NCBI RefSeq assembly: GCF_964355755.1
Contig: NC_092674.1
Coordinates: 14,818,001 to 14,882,000, forward strand
DNA from: Antedon mediterranea
Taxonomy: Eukaryota; Animalia; Echinodermata
Direction: 5' to 3'
DNA length: 64,000 bases
Position 1 is the first letter of the stretch; each line of letters begins with the position of its first letter. This document shows, piece after piece, positions 25,791 to 37,600 of this stretch. The notes beneath the pieces were generated by a model. The model had not been told where the DNA came from. It saw nothing but the letters and a program-made list of their open reading frames with translations, and did not search any database. The translations under genes and the position numbers were made by a program.

Positions 25791-27517
25791 TAGTAAGAAA
25801 GGGTAGGATTATAGCTTTTATTTGCCACCTCCCTTAGTCAATTTGGACATTGGGTTCCAGAGTTATCGCAATTTGAAAATTTGAAAAATCATGATTTTTC
25901 GTTAACTTTATATAATATGAGGAATATTGGTCAAAACAGATAGGTAGTTATCAAGCTAATTAAATATTCATAAAAAGGTAAACAACTTTAAACAAATGTA
26001 AAATCTATATGAAACATAGTTTCTTCATGTTTTTTCACCTATAGGTACCTCAAGTCTCAACGACCCATTTTGGCAAAATTTTTATTATATTTGGCATTGC
26101 GAATATGTTACCATGACAACCAGAATTTGTGTAAACAAGAAAATAAACAAATGGATTTAACTCAATGTTTAAGCATATTTTATTACTAAAACAAAGTTAT
26201 TATGTTAGTTTCAATAAATTGTCAACAAACTAAATAATTTTTAATTTTATAAGATGAGCAGTTACCATAGCAACGAGATTTTAATTTGTCTGCTAATAAT
26301 TTGAATGTGATGCGCAAAAAGATGTCAACCTATAAAAAGGTAAACAAGTGTGCAGAATAATTATATATAAAACTTGTTTTTTCACCAATAGGTACTATTA
26401 ATACCAAGTGACAACAACCACATTAAAACAAATATGATTAGAAATATTAGTATAGCTCAAATTCATTTTAATAATTAAATTATACTATATAGTATGATAA
26501 ACTACAAATTAAACTATGATTTGTGGAATTTATATAATATTTCTTATTGGTTAAAATATCAGATTGGTAACTTGTGCGGGTATTTATATTGAATCTGAAA
26601 TTAGAAAAATTAAAAAAAAAACAATTAGTATCGATATTAATAATTTTATATATAAATAACAAAATTGACGTTAAAATAAAATATTTTCATTAGAAGACAA
26701 TATTAAACAATAAAAACAACAAATAACATGCAATTGCAAAATTCAGCAACAATAACACTTTAATTAAAAATAATCAACAAAAAACAGTATATAATAGAGG
26801 GAGTAAACCTACCAGATAGAACAGCAAACTTAATAATCAAGGGACTGCACATGGTGGTGTTAACAACTAGGCTAGCACCCTCTGTAATTAAAAATATTAA
26901 TACAGTATTATTATTTAATTTATGGTATTTAAATAACTCAACATTCTAGAAAACTTTAAATATACATCAAAAATTAAATTTACAATGTCAACAAACATTA
27001 TTTATTAATATACTAAACCATTTTATTATGGTATTATTGATTAAATATAAACTGTCAAAAAGCTAGGCCAAGTGACCTTCAAATGACCTAGACTTGGCCT
27101 AAGAAAGTCGGGAAGCGTCGCATTTAATCTGCTTGAAATGATTGCATTCAAGTCAAAGACGACCTGTTCTTTCCGTTTTTCATATTGTTTTTAATGGGTC
27201 TATAACCGTTATATTTGAAAAATTAGGTTAAAATAATTTTTTTGTCACTAAATATTACTTACCTTTTCTGAAATCAATAACTTTGCTTATAATAAACGGA
27301 TCTTGATAAATTTTTTTTTAAACCGATCGGAAAAAAAAGATGGCGAAGGTAAACGATTAAAAAGGTGACATATACACCCACAATGCACCATAAAAACCGT
27401 TTGAACGGTACAAGGTAAACAACCGCGGCATCAACTACAACCAAGATTTTGCACAGCGAACTGAACCGAGTATATTGATGCGCAGAAACGATGCGCGGTT
27501 GCAAATTGCGGTCGCTA
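25791..27517 (+). mobile_element. Helitron-like non-autonomous repeat, copy B (internally deleted, lacks the TAGGG insert)
   Basis: Near-identical to copy A at both ends; lacks ~24035-24715 of copy A. Confidence 0.5.
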
Positions 27518-28880
27518 CTTTTAATGAATATTAATATTTAGACAATAATACATTTAGCAAAAAAAATAAGGATTTCACCAACTTTCCTTTATTTACGTTT
27601 AATAAAATTTCAAATTGCACAAATTGTTCTGAAATTGCGCATAACAAACAATTGATTAATAAGCTAGCATTCATACTATTGTTAATGATTACAATATGAA
27701 CATTTGGATAATAAATATGAACACATTGTAGGCCCAATATTGATGATGCACGTACGTAGGCACGTATGTTCGTTCGTGCGTCAAAATTCAATAAACATGT
27801 CCGACATGCGAGGACATTTATTAGGTGTAATAAGATTGTTTGGTTGGATTGTTTGGTTGAATCATTGAGGTATTAAATAATGTTAACTCCATGGTTGAAT
27901 CACGCGTAGATTTCTTCAGTGTATGCATTTGATTAGGCGACAACATCTGTAACCAATTCGTAGCTGCGCCTCCCTGCGCCTTTGGCAGGTATTTCGATAT
28001 TACAACTGCTACGTGTTTTCGCTGACTGGGAGATTCCCCTTTATTTAAAACGCAAATCATGGAAAAAAACGGTGTGTACGATCATTTTTCTATGGCCAAA
28101 TAGTGGAACCATTGAGCTATAATAGCTTCATGGTGGAACGTAGGCCTACGTCTTCGATTTACTAAAATGTGGTACCTGCACGTGTTTTTGTAACACGCGG
28201 GTACTTCTATTCATATCGGCAATGTGCGTTCCATACTTTATTGTGGCCGAGTTGACCGATTAGTTTTTGGCCGAGTTGACGTGAGGCCGAGTTGACTTGA
28301 GGCCGAGTTGACTTGGGGCCGACTTGACCTGCACCACCCTATGGAACGGCCAAAACCAAATTCATGAATTGTAAATTGTTGAATATGTATGACACACCAT
28401 GTGTATTAAAATGTTTTATATTTTTACTAATAAAATTACGCCGAATCAGCGGTCTCCCAGAAGAAATGTTGAAAGTAGGCTATGATGATGCGCTAGCTAT
28501 GGAGACTAGGCCTACAAGTTAGGGATAACTGCGCTGAGAGCCGACTTCATTTTCATTATACCATGATTAAACAGCACGCGCACGTTACTATGCGCGCAAT
28601 TTAATTTACGATCTGGCTGATAGAAGAAACAATGGATGGCTAGTGTGTAGCGAGGTTCGTAAAATGATAAAATGTGAGTATTATCTACTGTTTTTTGTAC
28701 GGTCTTTTAGCATAATAGAAACATTGAAAATAATAATAACCTTATTTTCAGCCACACCATGCTGGATGGTGGTGCCCATTTGTGGCGTCTTGTGGAACCA
28801 TGAATAGGTAGAATCATGAAAATTTAAAATTATATATTTATTTCATATTAAAGAGCTCAAAAAATGCTTTAAAATGACAT

Positions 28881-31800
28881 CATAGAGCTATATAGAATAA
28901 CGAGAAGTGAAGTGTAGTAATACGAGATATTACAGGGCATAGTCGGATGTCACAAAAAGAAACGGCAAAGCACTGTTGGGTTCATATGATTTTATTTGAA
29001 TACCAAGAAATACAGCAAAAAGAAAAAGAAAAACCTGAAAATATATAATACATTGTATTAAACTCCATGCAAAAATATGTAATTAAGAATATATATATAA
29101 TAAACCTAATAAACTAAATTAAATTTGAGCAGCAACGCATAATGTCAACTATAAATATCAAAATACAATTATTCTTGAAAATAAAGGATTTCCAATTCTC
29201 TTTAGAAAACGACCACATTACACTATATAACTTGTAATTAACAATTATATCTTATCTTACCAGCTCAGTGGCTCTCTTGGCACTGGCCTCATACGAACTC
29301 TTATTTCATGTTTGTATACCACATACAGCCTAAAATAAATCAAGTGAATATTTTGCAATACTTCTGAATGCTTAATATTTATTTAATAATAAATATGCAA
29401 TTATTTAAAATTATTAAAAACAAAGATTTCTGTACTGTACATACGCAACTGATCAATTTCAGCATTCCCGAATTGTTCTGCTGAATTGTATAATCTGTGG
29501 CAGGCTCCAAATGCATTAAATAACTTTGTGTAGGCCACAGCTACATCTTCAGCCTCCTTCAAAAGGGTTGGACAAATGGCTTGGACAGTGTGGGTTATAT
29601 TTAATATTTGTTGTCTGAAATGAAATGATTTAATTTATTGTTTATTCAAAATGCAATTATTAAAAAAAAACTGAAACAGCCCATGCCACATTTGTAAGTC
29701 ATCAACGTCAGCTTTATACCTACCATGTACAATTTATGGATATGGTTCCCAACAAAACACTGTCCCCAGTATGCCTGCCTTGTTATGCCCATTTTGATCA
29801 AGCGTTTGTCCAACTCTTCACAAATGGGACCCGTTCTCTTAAAAAAAGTTGGAGACGGTGGCGTGGCTTCAATATGGTCATTCTACAAAATAATCATGAC
29901 ATTCACATAGTTTTCTCATTCAATTTGCTTTGTTCAATAATAACAATAAAATATTTCTACTTACATGAGCATTTAATTCCTCCATTTTCTGATTAATCTG
30001 TGTAATCAGTTCAATTGCACAATCATCATTTCCATGACCAAGTAAAATAAAAACATTAAAATAATCAGTCATGTCGCTTATCTCCTGTTCCAGCTTTTCA
30101 TTTTCATTTAAATGGTAACGCACACATTCATTATGTTCCACTAACTGAAAAATAGGGTTAAAGGGGTCATTTAAAGTAACATGGATGGAATGCTCTGTAT
30201 ACAGGATACCAACAAATGAATTTATAATGTACCTTAATGTACTCTTTACGAGCAATGTTTGCATTGATGCCGTCAGCTTGTTGGACCATCTTTTTATCAA
30301 GTGTGTGGCATGCATCCTCTAAACTTTGATAATGCTTCAACCCAAGGCCTAAGCTAATATGCAGTCCAGGTGGACAAACCTAATTGTAATAAAACATTCT
30401 TTATTTAAAACTGATGATGGTATATTTATTCAAACATTAATCATACAAGGTAGAAATTATATATATATAATTGTTCTGATATAAAAAGCATCAACTTATC
30501 AACTCTTATCAAACAAACAGTTTGATCAATCTATGAGCTTTACAGTACTTACATGATCAATGTCAATGTCGAGTATTGGTGAACTTATTACATTGTTGTG
30601 AAATTTTGCATTCTTCAACACGCTTCCATTACTTGCAAAACTTTCTAAATCTTTCTTCATAGATTCTAGGGTTCTTTCTGTTAAATCAACTTTACCCTTT
30701 GAACTCAGGCAATATAAGCAAAAGTGTCGTCCTATAAAAAATACATTTTTTAGTAAACTGTTATGAGATATTGCCTAATATAATACTAGGTTCCAGTGTA
30801 TTAGAATTACAGTACTTACCACTTGCTCCGGATAATCCGTAAACACGGCATTCATATTCGTAATCTCCGAAAGCAAACAATTAAATTTCTTTTCCACTGA
30901 AATAAAGGAAGAGGTATATATTATGTACAGAATTATGAAACATAAAAAATACATACTTACCACCACTTTGCTTCAGATAATCCATAAACACGACATTTGT
31001 ATTTATAGTACTGTAGCTGAATGCAAATAATTCAATTTCTTTTCCACTGAAATAAAATTAAAATAAATTAAAACATATAGTGAAATCATAAATAGTAAAT
31101 ACTTTTTATGAATTGTCAGAACTGTTATGATATAAACTACTTACTTCCACACCAATGTCTTGAGGTCTTCAACTTGGTTCAGGACTAATTCTCTCCATCC
31201 CTGTTTTTAAATTGTAGGTGCAATCGCCTGCTTCCCATATCAAAATTGTTACTGTATTTTTCAAAGAATTGGGCCGGTCAACATTGCCAATTTGCAGCAT
31301 AAATTTGTAGGTTCCTCCTCCTTTATCGCCTCCTAGTTTGATACATATTTTATTTTCTGGTATCAAACCTTTGTGCCAAGAAAGCATATGAAGACTAAAA
31401 GCAATAATAAAACAATATTGTGTTCATATTTCAAATGCTTTGGAAAAAAAATCTAATGAAAAAAAGAAAGAAAATGTGGTAAACGTGTGTATTTATGCCT
31501 TTGTAGCTCATCTAACAATTGTGTTACTTTCACTCTTAAGCTTTTCACTACAACTAATGGCACATCTGTGAGCAACAACTCATCTGTCTTAGGTATCTTT
31601 CACAAGCAATGGCACATAGCCTACTCAGATGTCAGATTGTCGCCTATGATCTCATCAACTTGACAGCTAATACTGGCTTCGCATTCACAAACGACCCGGT
31701 ACTTCTAAAAATAGAAGAAATAATAGTTTGGAACGGATGCTTATTTTAATGAAGTAGATTGAATAATAGGTTGAAATAATAATTTGGTTTTATTTCAGAA

Positions 31801-32905
31801 TAAATAAATGTCTAAATAATAAAATATACCTTGTTAATAATCTTGTTCTAGAGCCACTTAGTCCAAGGTGAGTTCTCATTGAGAGTATATCTCCTTGGGG
31901 CATCCTAATGGGTGTTCGAAGCATAGTCTTTAATTCTTCATTTAATTGGGAAAATTCGTGTCTGTGTTGTTCTAATTCAGCATCTTCTCCACTTATCAGT
32001 TTTCTGAATTGTTGAATCTGTGAAAGCAAAGGTATCAGTTGTTGAAATTGACGATTGATTCAGAAGTTCCCTTATAAAACATTAACAATCAACTTTTGTA
32101 CCTGGTGTGTCCTCCTGTCTTTGTTTTTTTTTTTATGCTGTATTTGACAACACTCTAACTGCAGGTATCTTCATATACCTAACCGTCTTCAAAACAAAAA
32201 AGAAAATATGAATAAATTCAACAGTATAGTATGTACACGGTCAATTGTAATTATGAGAAAATAAAGAAATGTATTGTACCTGCCCCTTATATCTGAAGGT
32301 AGCTATACCATTTTCTGCTGTTTTGGCAGACAGTAGTTGGTGCCCTAAAACTTTGACATTCGCTTGCACAGGGCTTGTGGAAGGTTGTTTTGCATAAGTG
32401 TGTTCTTTTAAGACACACACATGTGTATTACACTGTCGACATTCAAACTGACACTGACATTTCTTACATTTGACAGCAACAGACATATAACATTGAATGA
32501 AAAGATCAGGTACAGCAGTGACAGACAAGTAGTGTACATTAGTTAAACAGGTAGGACAAATCATGAACTCGACATCAACAAAACAAGTAAATCTAGGCCT
32601 ATCACTAAATAAAATGATCAAACTTTTCCAACATTATAAAGTTGAGATAAATTATAAATGTTACACGTATGTTTACATCTTGTTTAATATATTTTTTAAA
32701 TATAACTTGCGTTGAGTTTGTTGATTTACTTTGTCTTAAAACAGGGAAACAGACAGGGGGTACTCTTGATATTATACGAATCGGCGACGAAATTTCAAAA
32801 CAAACCAGTGAAACGTATCGCGATACGCGCTAACTGCCAAACCCGAGGTCGCTGAATGCATCTGTTAACGCGGATACGTGTTCAATAGGCATATATGGGC
32901 CTATG
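28881..32905 (-). mobile_element. RAG1-like (N-RAG-TP-type) transposon, copy 1; ends tentative
   Basis: CATAG..CTATG candidate ends with no clean TSD; multi-exon transposase inside. Confidence 0.5.
29250..32621 (-). pseudogene. Intron-containing transposase with RAG1-like RING/ZFA segment and RAG1/Transib-like core
   Basis: CPTC-x15-F-x5-S-xx-VKC..C..H; LSWHKGLIPENKICIKLGGDKGGG; YGLSEAK|GRHFCLYC; VCPPGLHISLG; RQAYWGQCFVGNH; GT..AG introns; the final E motif was not found. Confidence 0.75.
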
Positions 32906-33004
32906 TTATAACACTACATTAATGATTATACTGTAATGTAACTGATTTTGTCATGAGAGTATGATGTATTCTAGATAGCTGACAGTCTATATGAAAATGT
33001 TGGC

Positions 33005-33545
33005 ATTAAAAATGGCCGCCATAATCCAAAATGGCTCCCAAAATTCAAAATGGCTGACAGCGACACAATTTTATGAGTGAATTTTACTTGGTGAATCACA
33101 TTTCTGACCACTACATCGGGGAAAAATTAATGATGCATTAAAAATGACCACAATATAAGAGAATATTAGCATTCAAAATGGCCGCCATAATCGAAAATGG
33201 CTGCCAAAATTCAAAATGGCCGACAGTGACACAATTTTACTTGGTGAATCACATTTTTGACCACTACATTGGAAAAAAATAATGATGCATTCAAAATGGC
33301 CACAATGTAAGAGAATATTAGCATTCAAAATGGCTGTCAAAATTCAAAATGGCCACCAAAATCCAAAATGGCCCACATAATTTTACTGTGATTAATGTGA
33401 GTCATAGAAGCGGAAATTTTCATTTAACAGATATTGTATTCAACATTACATTCAACCAAAATCCAAGAAGGCCGTTCAAAATGGCAAATAAATAAATTTA
33501 AGCAATCAAATTTAAAAGATTACCACCAGATTCAAAATGGCTGAG
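33005..33545. repeat. Cluster of about 12 AAAATGGC motifs, often 19 bp apart; probable TE subterminal repeats
   Basis: aaaatggccgcc, aaaatggctgcc, aaaatggccgac and similar, within ~120-165-bp higher-order units. Confidence 0.8.
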
Positions 33546-33687
33546 CTGTATCTGTTGTTTATTTAAATATTTGCACATTAATAGATCATCCCTATAAACA
33601 TAATGAAACAATCCAATATACTACAGTGAACATACAAAGATTTAAAACTGCAGATTTAAGATCCATTTGAGAGCAAAATTCCATTTG

Positions 33688-34270
33688 TTTCACGCTGCTG
33701 CTCTAGCCCGCTACGTCGCACGAGATGACTCATTTATTAGATGAAATCAAGCAGCAGTTATAGTACTACACTTTGACATTTTTGTTAAAATGGAAACGAG
33801 ACTATAATTTATAGGTACCAACTGTATTTCTGGTATTTATGAGTCCCATGACAATACTGTATTTTGCTGTCAGATAATCATTGAATTATTATCAAAACAG
33901 TCCAGGAAAGTTTTTGTTTGTAATATGATACTTCACACTTGAAGTATCTAAGGTGTGATGAAGTGACCTCCAGACTTGACCTTAGCAATAAAATAAACTA
34001 AATTGAGTCTGTTTCATATCAAAGTTATTCACTTCTGTAACAAAATTCAGAAACGTTTAATTATAACTCAAAAACCAATGTCTGACAGACAATTGAAGTA
34101 TTTTTTGCTTTTAATTACATTTTTTCAGGTAAAATAACTATTATGTGACAATAAAATGACAAATTCAAAAACAAATTTGAAATAAAAAATGTTTTTCAGA
34201 AAGACAATATATCTTTAAAACTGTTACGTCAATAAGCGAGCAGCGTTTTTTGTAAGAAATATTTCTTGTT
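33688..34270 (+). repeat. Dispersed repeat shared with 63060-63665
   Basis: Both begin ttcacgctgctgctctagcccgctacgtc and stay colinear to gcgagcagcgttttttgtaagaaatatttcttgtt. Confidence 0.85.
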
Positions 34271-34659
34271 AAATGACTGTTTTCTTTTTCTTCAAAAACC
34301 TTGTCTCAATATAAACTTCAACTTCAAATTCTTCTTTTATAAACTTCAACAGGCATAAAACTCATTCATATAGTATTTACAACATTAAATCTTTCGTATC
34401 TTATAATTCCCTTTCAAAATATAACCTCAACAGGCGTAGCTCAATCATTAAACATTTACATACAAATAACAACATACAGGTACAGTAATATGTAATTTTC
34501 TATAAACTTCAACTGGCATTAACTCATTCATAGTATTTACATTAAATCTTTTGTATCTTATAATTCCCTTTCAAAATATAACCTCAGCAGGTGTAGCTCA
34601 ATCATTAAATACAAATAACATACAGGTACAGTACAGTAAACATCCAATTTAAACATAAA

Positions 34660-37600
34660 AAAACAAATTGCCTACAGCCATATCAGCCAATACCTCTGCA
34701 ACTGTTTAAACAGTTACATCCTTCTCTCCCTCAAATTGGCAAATGTACTCTACATCCTTTCCTGGCTCTTGTACACATTGTATAATTTCCCCCTTACAGA
34801 CATTGTCTGTTGTCTCCGTTGACCATTTTTGTGTAAAACTGAAGCCTATGATAGAGTTGGGTTCTTTAATGATGTTACACAGTATCTTATTGTCTGCAGG
34901 TACTTCTACAAGTAACAAATCAATCAAATAATCACTCAGCTCCTGTTGTGTAGCCTTTGAGAATATTAACTTTCTTGGAGGATCACAGCACAGCATTGAT
35001 GTTCTGAACTTTATCTGTGCTTTCAATACGGCAATAGCCCTCATCTTCGTCATGCCTGCAACTCCCATGTGAACCTCATCTTCCTTTTCCGAAAAACCAT
35101 TTGTAATTATCGATTCTATAATCTTCTCTTTGAACTCCCTACTATTCTGTTCTCTCTTTTCTATCACCTTTCTCGAATTATCTAGCCTCTTCTTGACATC
35201 ACTCATCAGTAATAATTCTTTTTTTCGGTTTTTCGCTGCATTCTTGGTTGCTTCACAAATGATTTTATCCTTTTCTGCCCTTGATTTTCCTGTCAAAATG
35301 TTTTCCCTCACCTTATTCAGTTTGAACATTGTCTTGGCAGATACTTTGGCTGTAGATGCTGTACGAGACAATTGCTTTCTGGCATCCCATACTGCAAATA
35401 CTCGTTCCCCAGATATGTTGTCGCTTGAACACGAATATGCTTCAGTGCATAGGGCTTCAGATGGCTGATGATACTTGCCATCAGGAAGATGATCTTACAG
35501 TTGACGCTTCATGACATCTAAAATTTCTGCAATGAGGACTTCCATAATTGCAGAAGTTGCATTATCACTAGAATGAGAGGCGCAGAGCTTATGATATTTG
35601 GTATCCTTTTTAACAGGTGAATTGAACACTGTCAAGTCTTGACCATGAACAGCTGTATTGGTGTCAAAATTCTCCATGTTGCTTATGGCTGTACAAAAGA
35701 CATCATTTACTTCTAATATGGTATGCTCTTCTCCTAGCCATCGCATCCATGGCCCGGTAATGTACTAATGTATAAGCCCCAATGCTCTTAATCCTGGCAT
35801 AATACATTGATGGGCTAGTGCATTGTTGACTGCAAAGTGTAAGCCATTCTGGGACTTCATCATTTTACTGAAGAATTCCTGGATATGATCTGCATACATA
35901 TACAGAAGTTCAGCATTAACAAAGAAAATATTAAATCGGTTGCCAACCCACCTAGGAAATAATGTTGAATTCTCACCGCTCCCAAACCCATTGCTTCTTA
36001 AATATTAGGGAAGTTCCTTTGGCAGTCCAGATGAGCTACAATGAAATAGACGATCTACTGCACGAATCAAAGCCTGCGTTTTGCTTTCACCTCTGTTTGT
36101 GTAAGGCATTTTTTCTTTATCAGCATCTATGTTCAGTGTCAGTTCGTGTTCCTTAATTTTTTTTTCTGTTTGTCTATGTATTTTTTTTTTTTTTAATTAC
36201 ACAGTATGGTGTCAAGGGGGTGCATGGCACATCGAAATTAATTTATATTATGTCCCGCCAGTTCTTCCAATTGTCTGTCCACTGCATTGTTCGTCACACA
36301 TCTATCCGTCATTGTGTTTGAAATGTTGTGTAAATCTACATCGACTTCTTTAACCATCTCATCAATACAATTGACATAATCCATGGCAGTCCCTCCTGCT
36401 GTTCCTTCTATCCCTAGTGTGTACGTGTTCTCTTTTGTTGCTAATTCCACCTCCACAAGATGACGTCCCGTCTTCGTTGTCCCATCATATTTTAGAGTTA
36501 AATCCTTGGTTTTTTTTTATTTGCATCGCATGTGCTGCTAAGCAATAGATTTCATTTCTGATGCCACTCTTTGCTGTGTGCTTTTTAGGGCAATGCACCT
36601 TCTAGTTGGCAGGGTGTTACTGTTTCAACAATTCGTTGTATGGCAGGACCAACACTACCCTCTGCTACCCCTAATTCCTGTAAATACATGGACGCTTCTT
36701 TTATTACATAATTTATTTTAGATCCCTCTCTGGTGGAAATAATAGTTGTATCTTGATCTTCTAATTCGCATTTGTCATTTTCTAAAACTGATATTGTTTT
36801 CTTTTGATTATTAACTGTCGCTAAGGACGATTTCAGTTGTTGAATTAGCACAGCGGTGTTTATCTGAGGGACTTGATTATTTTTCCTTTTTTTCCTTGAT
36901 TTTCTGACCCGGTTTTGAGCACTTAACTTCTTCAGTTGTACATCAACACGCTCATAACAGCTCTGGTGGTAACTTTCCGCAGTTTGCTTCCATTTCTTAG
37001 CTTTTAATTTCCAATGAGAAATGGAGGCATTCTTCCTTCTAATATTTTGCAATAACCTTTTTGGTTTATTATTCACATTGCCAATCACTTTGTACATATT
37101 TTTCAGCTTCAGCCTTGCAGCAGTGAGAGAAACCTTTACATCATCATTTTCTTTCCTCAGTTGCTGCATTTCCATTTCTTCAGCAGTTTTGTCCAGCTTT
37201 GATGCTTTAGTAGACCCAGCTTTTACAGGTTCTCGTTTGTGTTTTCCTACTCTCTTAAATTGGTCGACTGAATGTTTCAATCGATTCAAAGATTGAAAAA
37301 TTTCAAACTAAGATGATTGGAAAAATGATTTTTTCAACCAAAATCAATTGACTTTTTGTTTAAATACGATGCTTAAAAAAGATACGTTTCTTACATATAT
37401 TCCATTTTGATTTTATTGAACATAACAAATAACAGTATATTACAATAGTCAAGACACTGCTGTAGTCTTTGTCTTTCAGTAATTATAATTATAAATTCAA
37501 AAACTATCTTATATGCCTTGGTGATATACCCTAATTCTTGGGAGGGCATCTACAAAGTCCACAAATATCATCCAGGAAAATATAGTGCAGCCTAAATAAA

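Larger units (their letters stand above)
21987..28339. mobile_element. MULE/foldback-like non-autonomous element expanded by nested insertions
   Basis: Arrays of caagtc(aactc)ggcc at ~21998-22071 are inverted at ~28245-28328; flanking direct repeat TATGGAACG at 21979-21987 and 28340-28348 (8-9 bp TSD). Confidence 0.75.
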
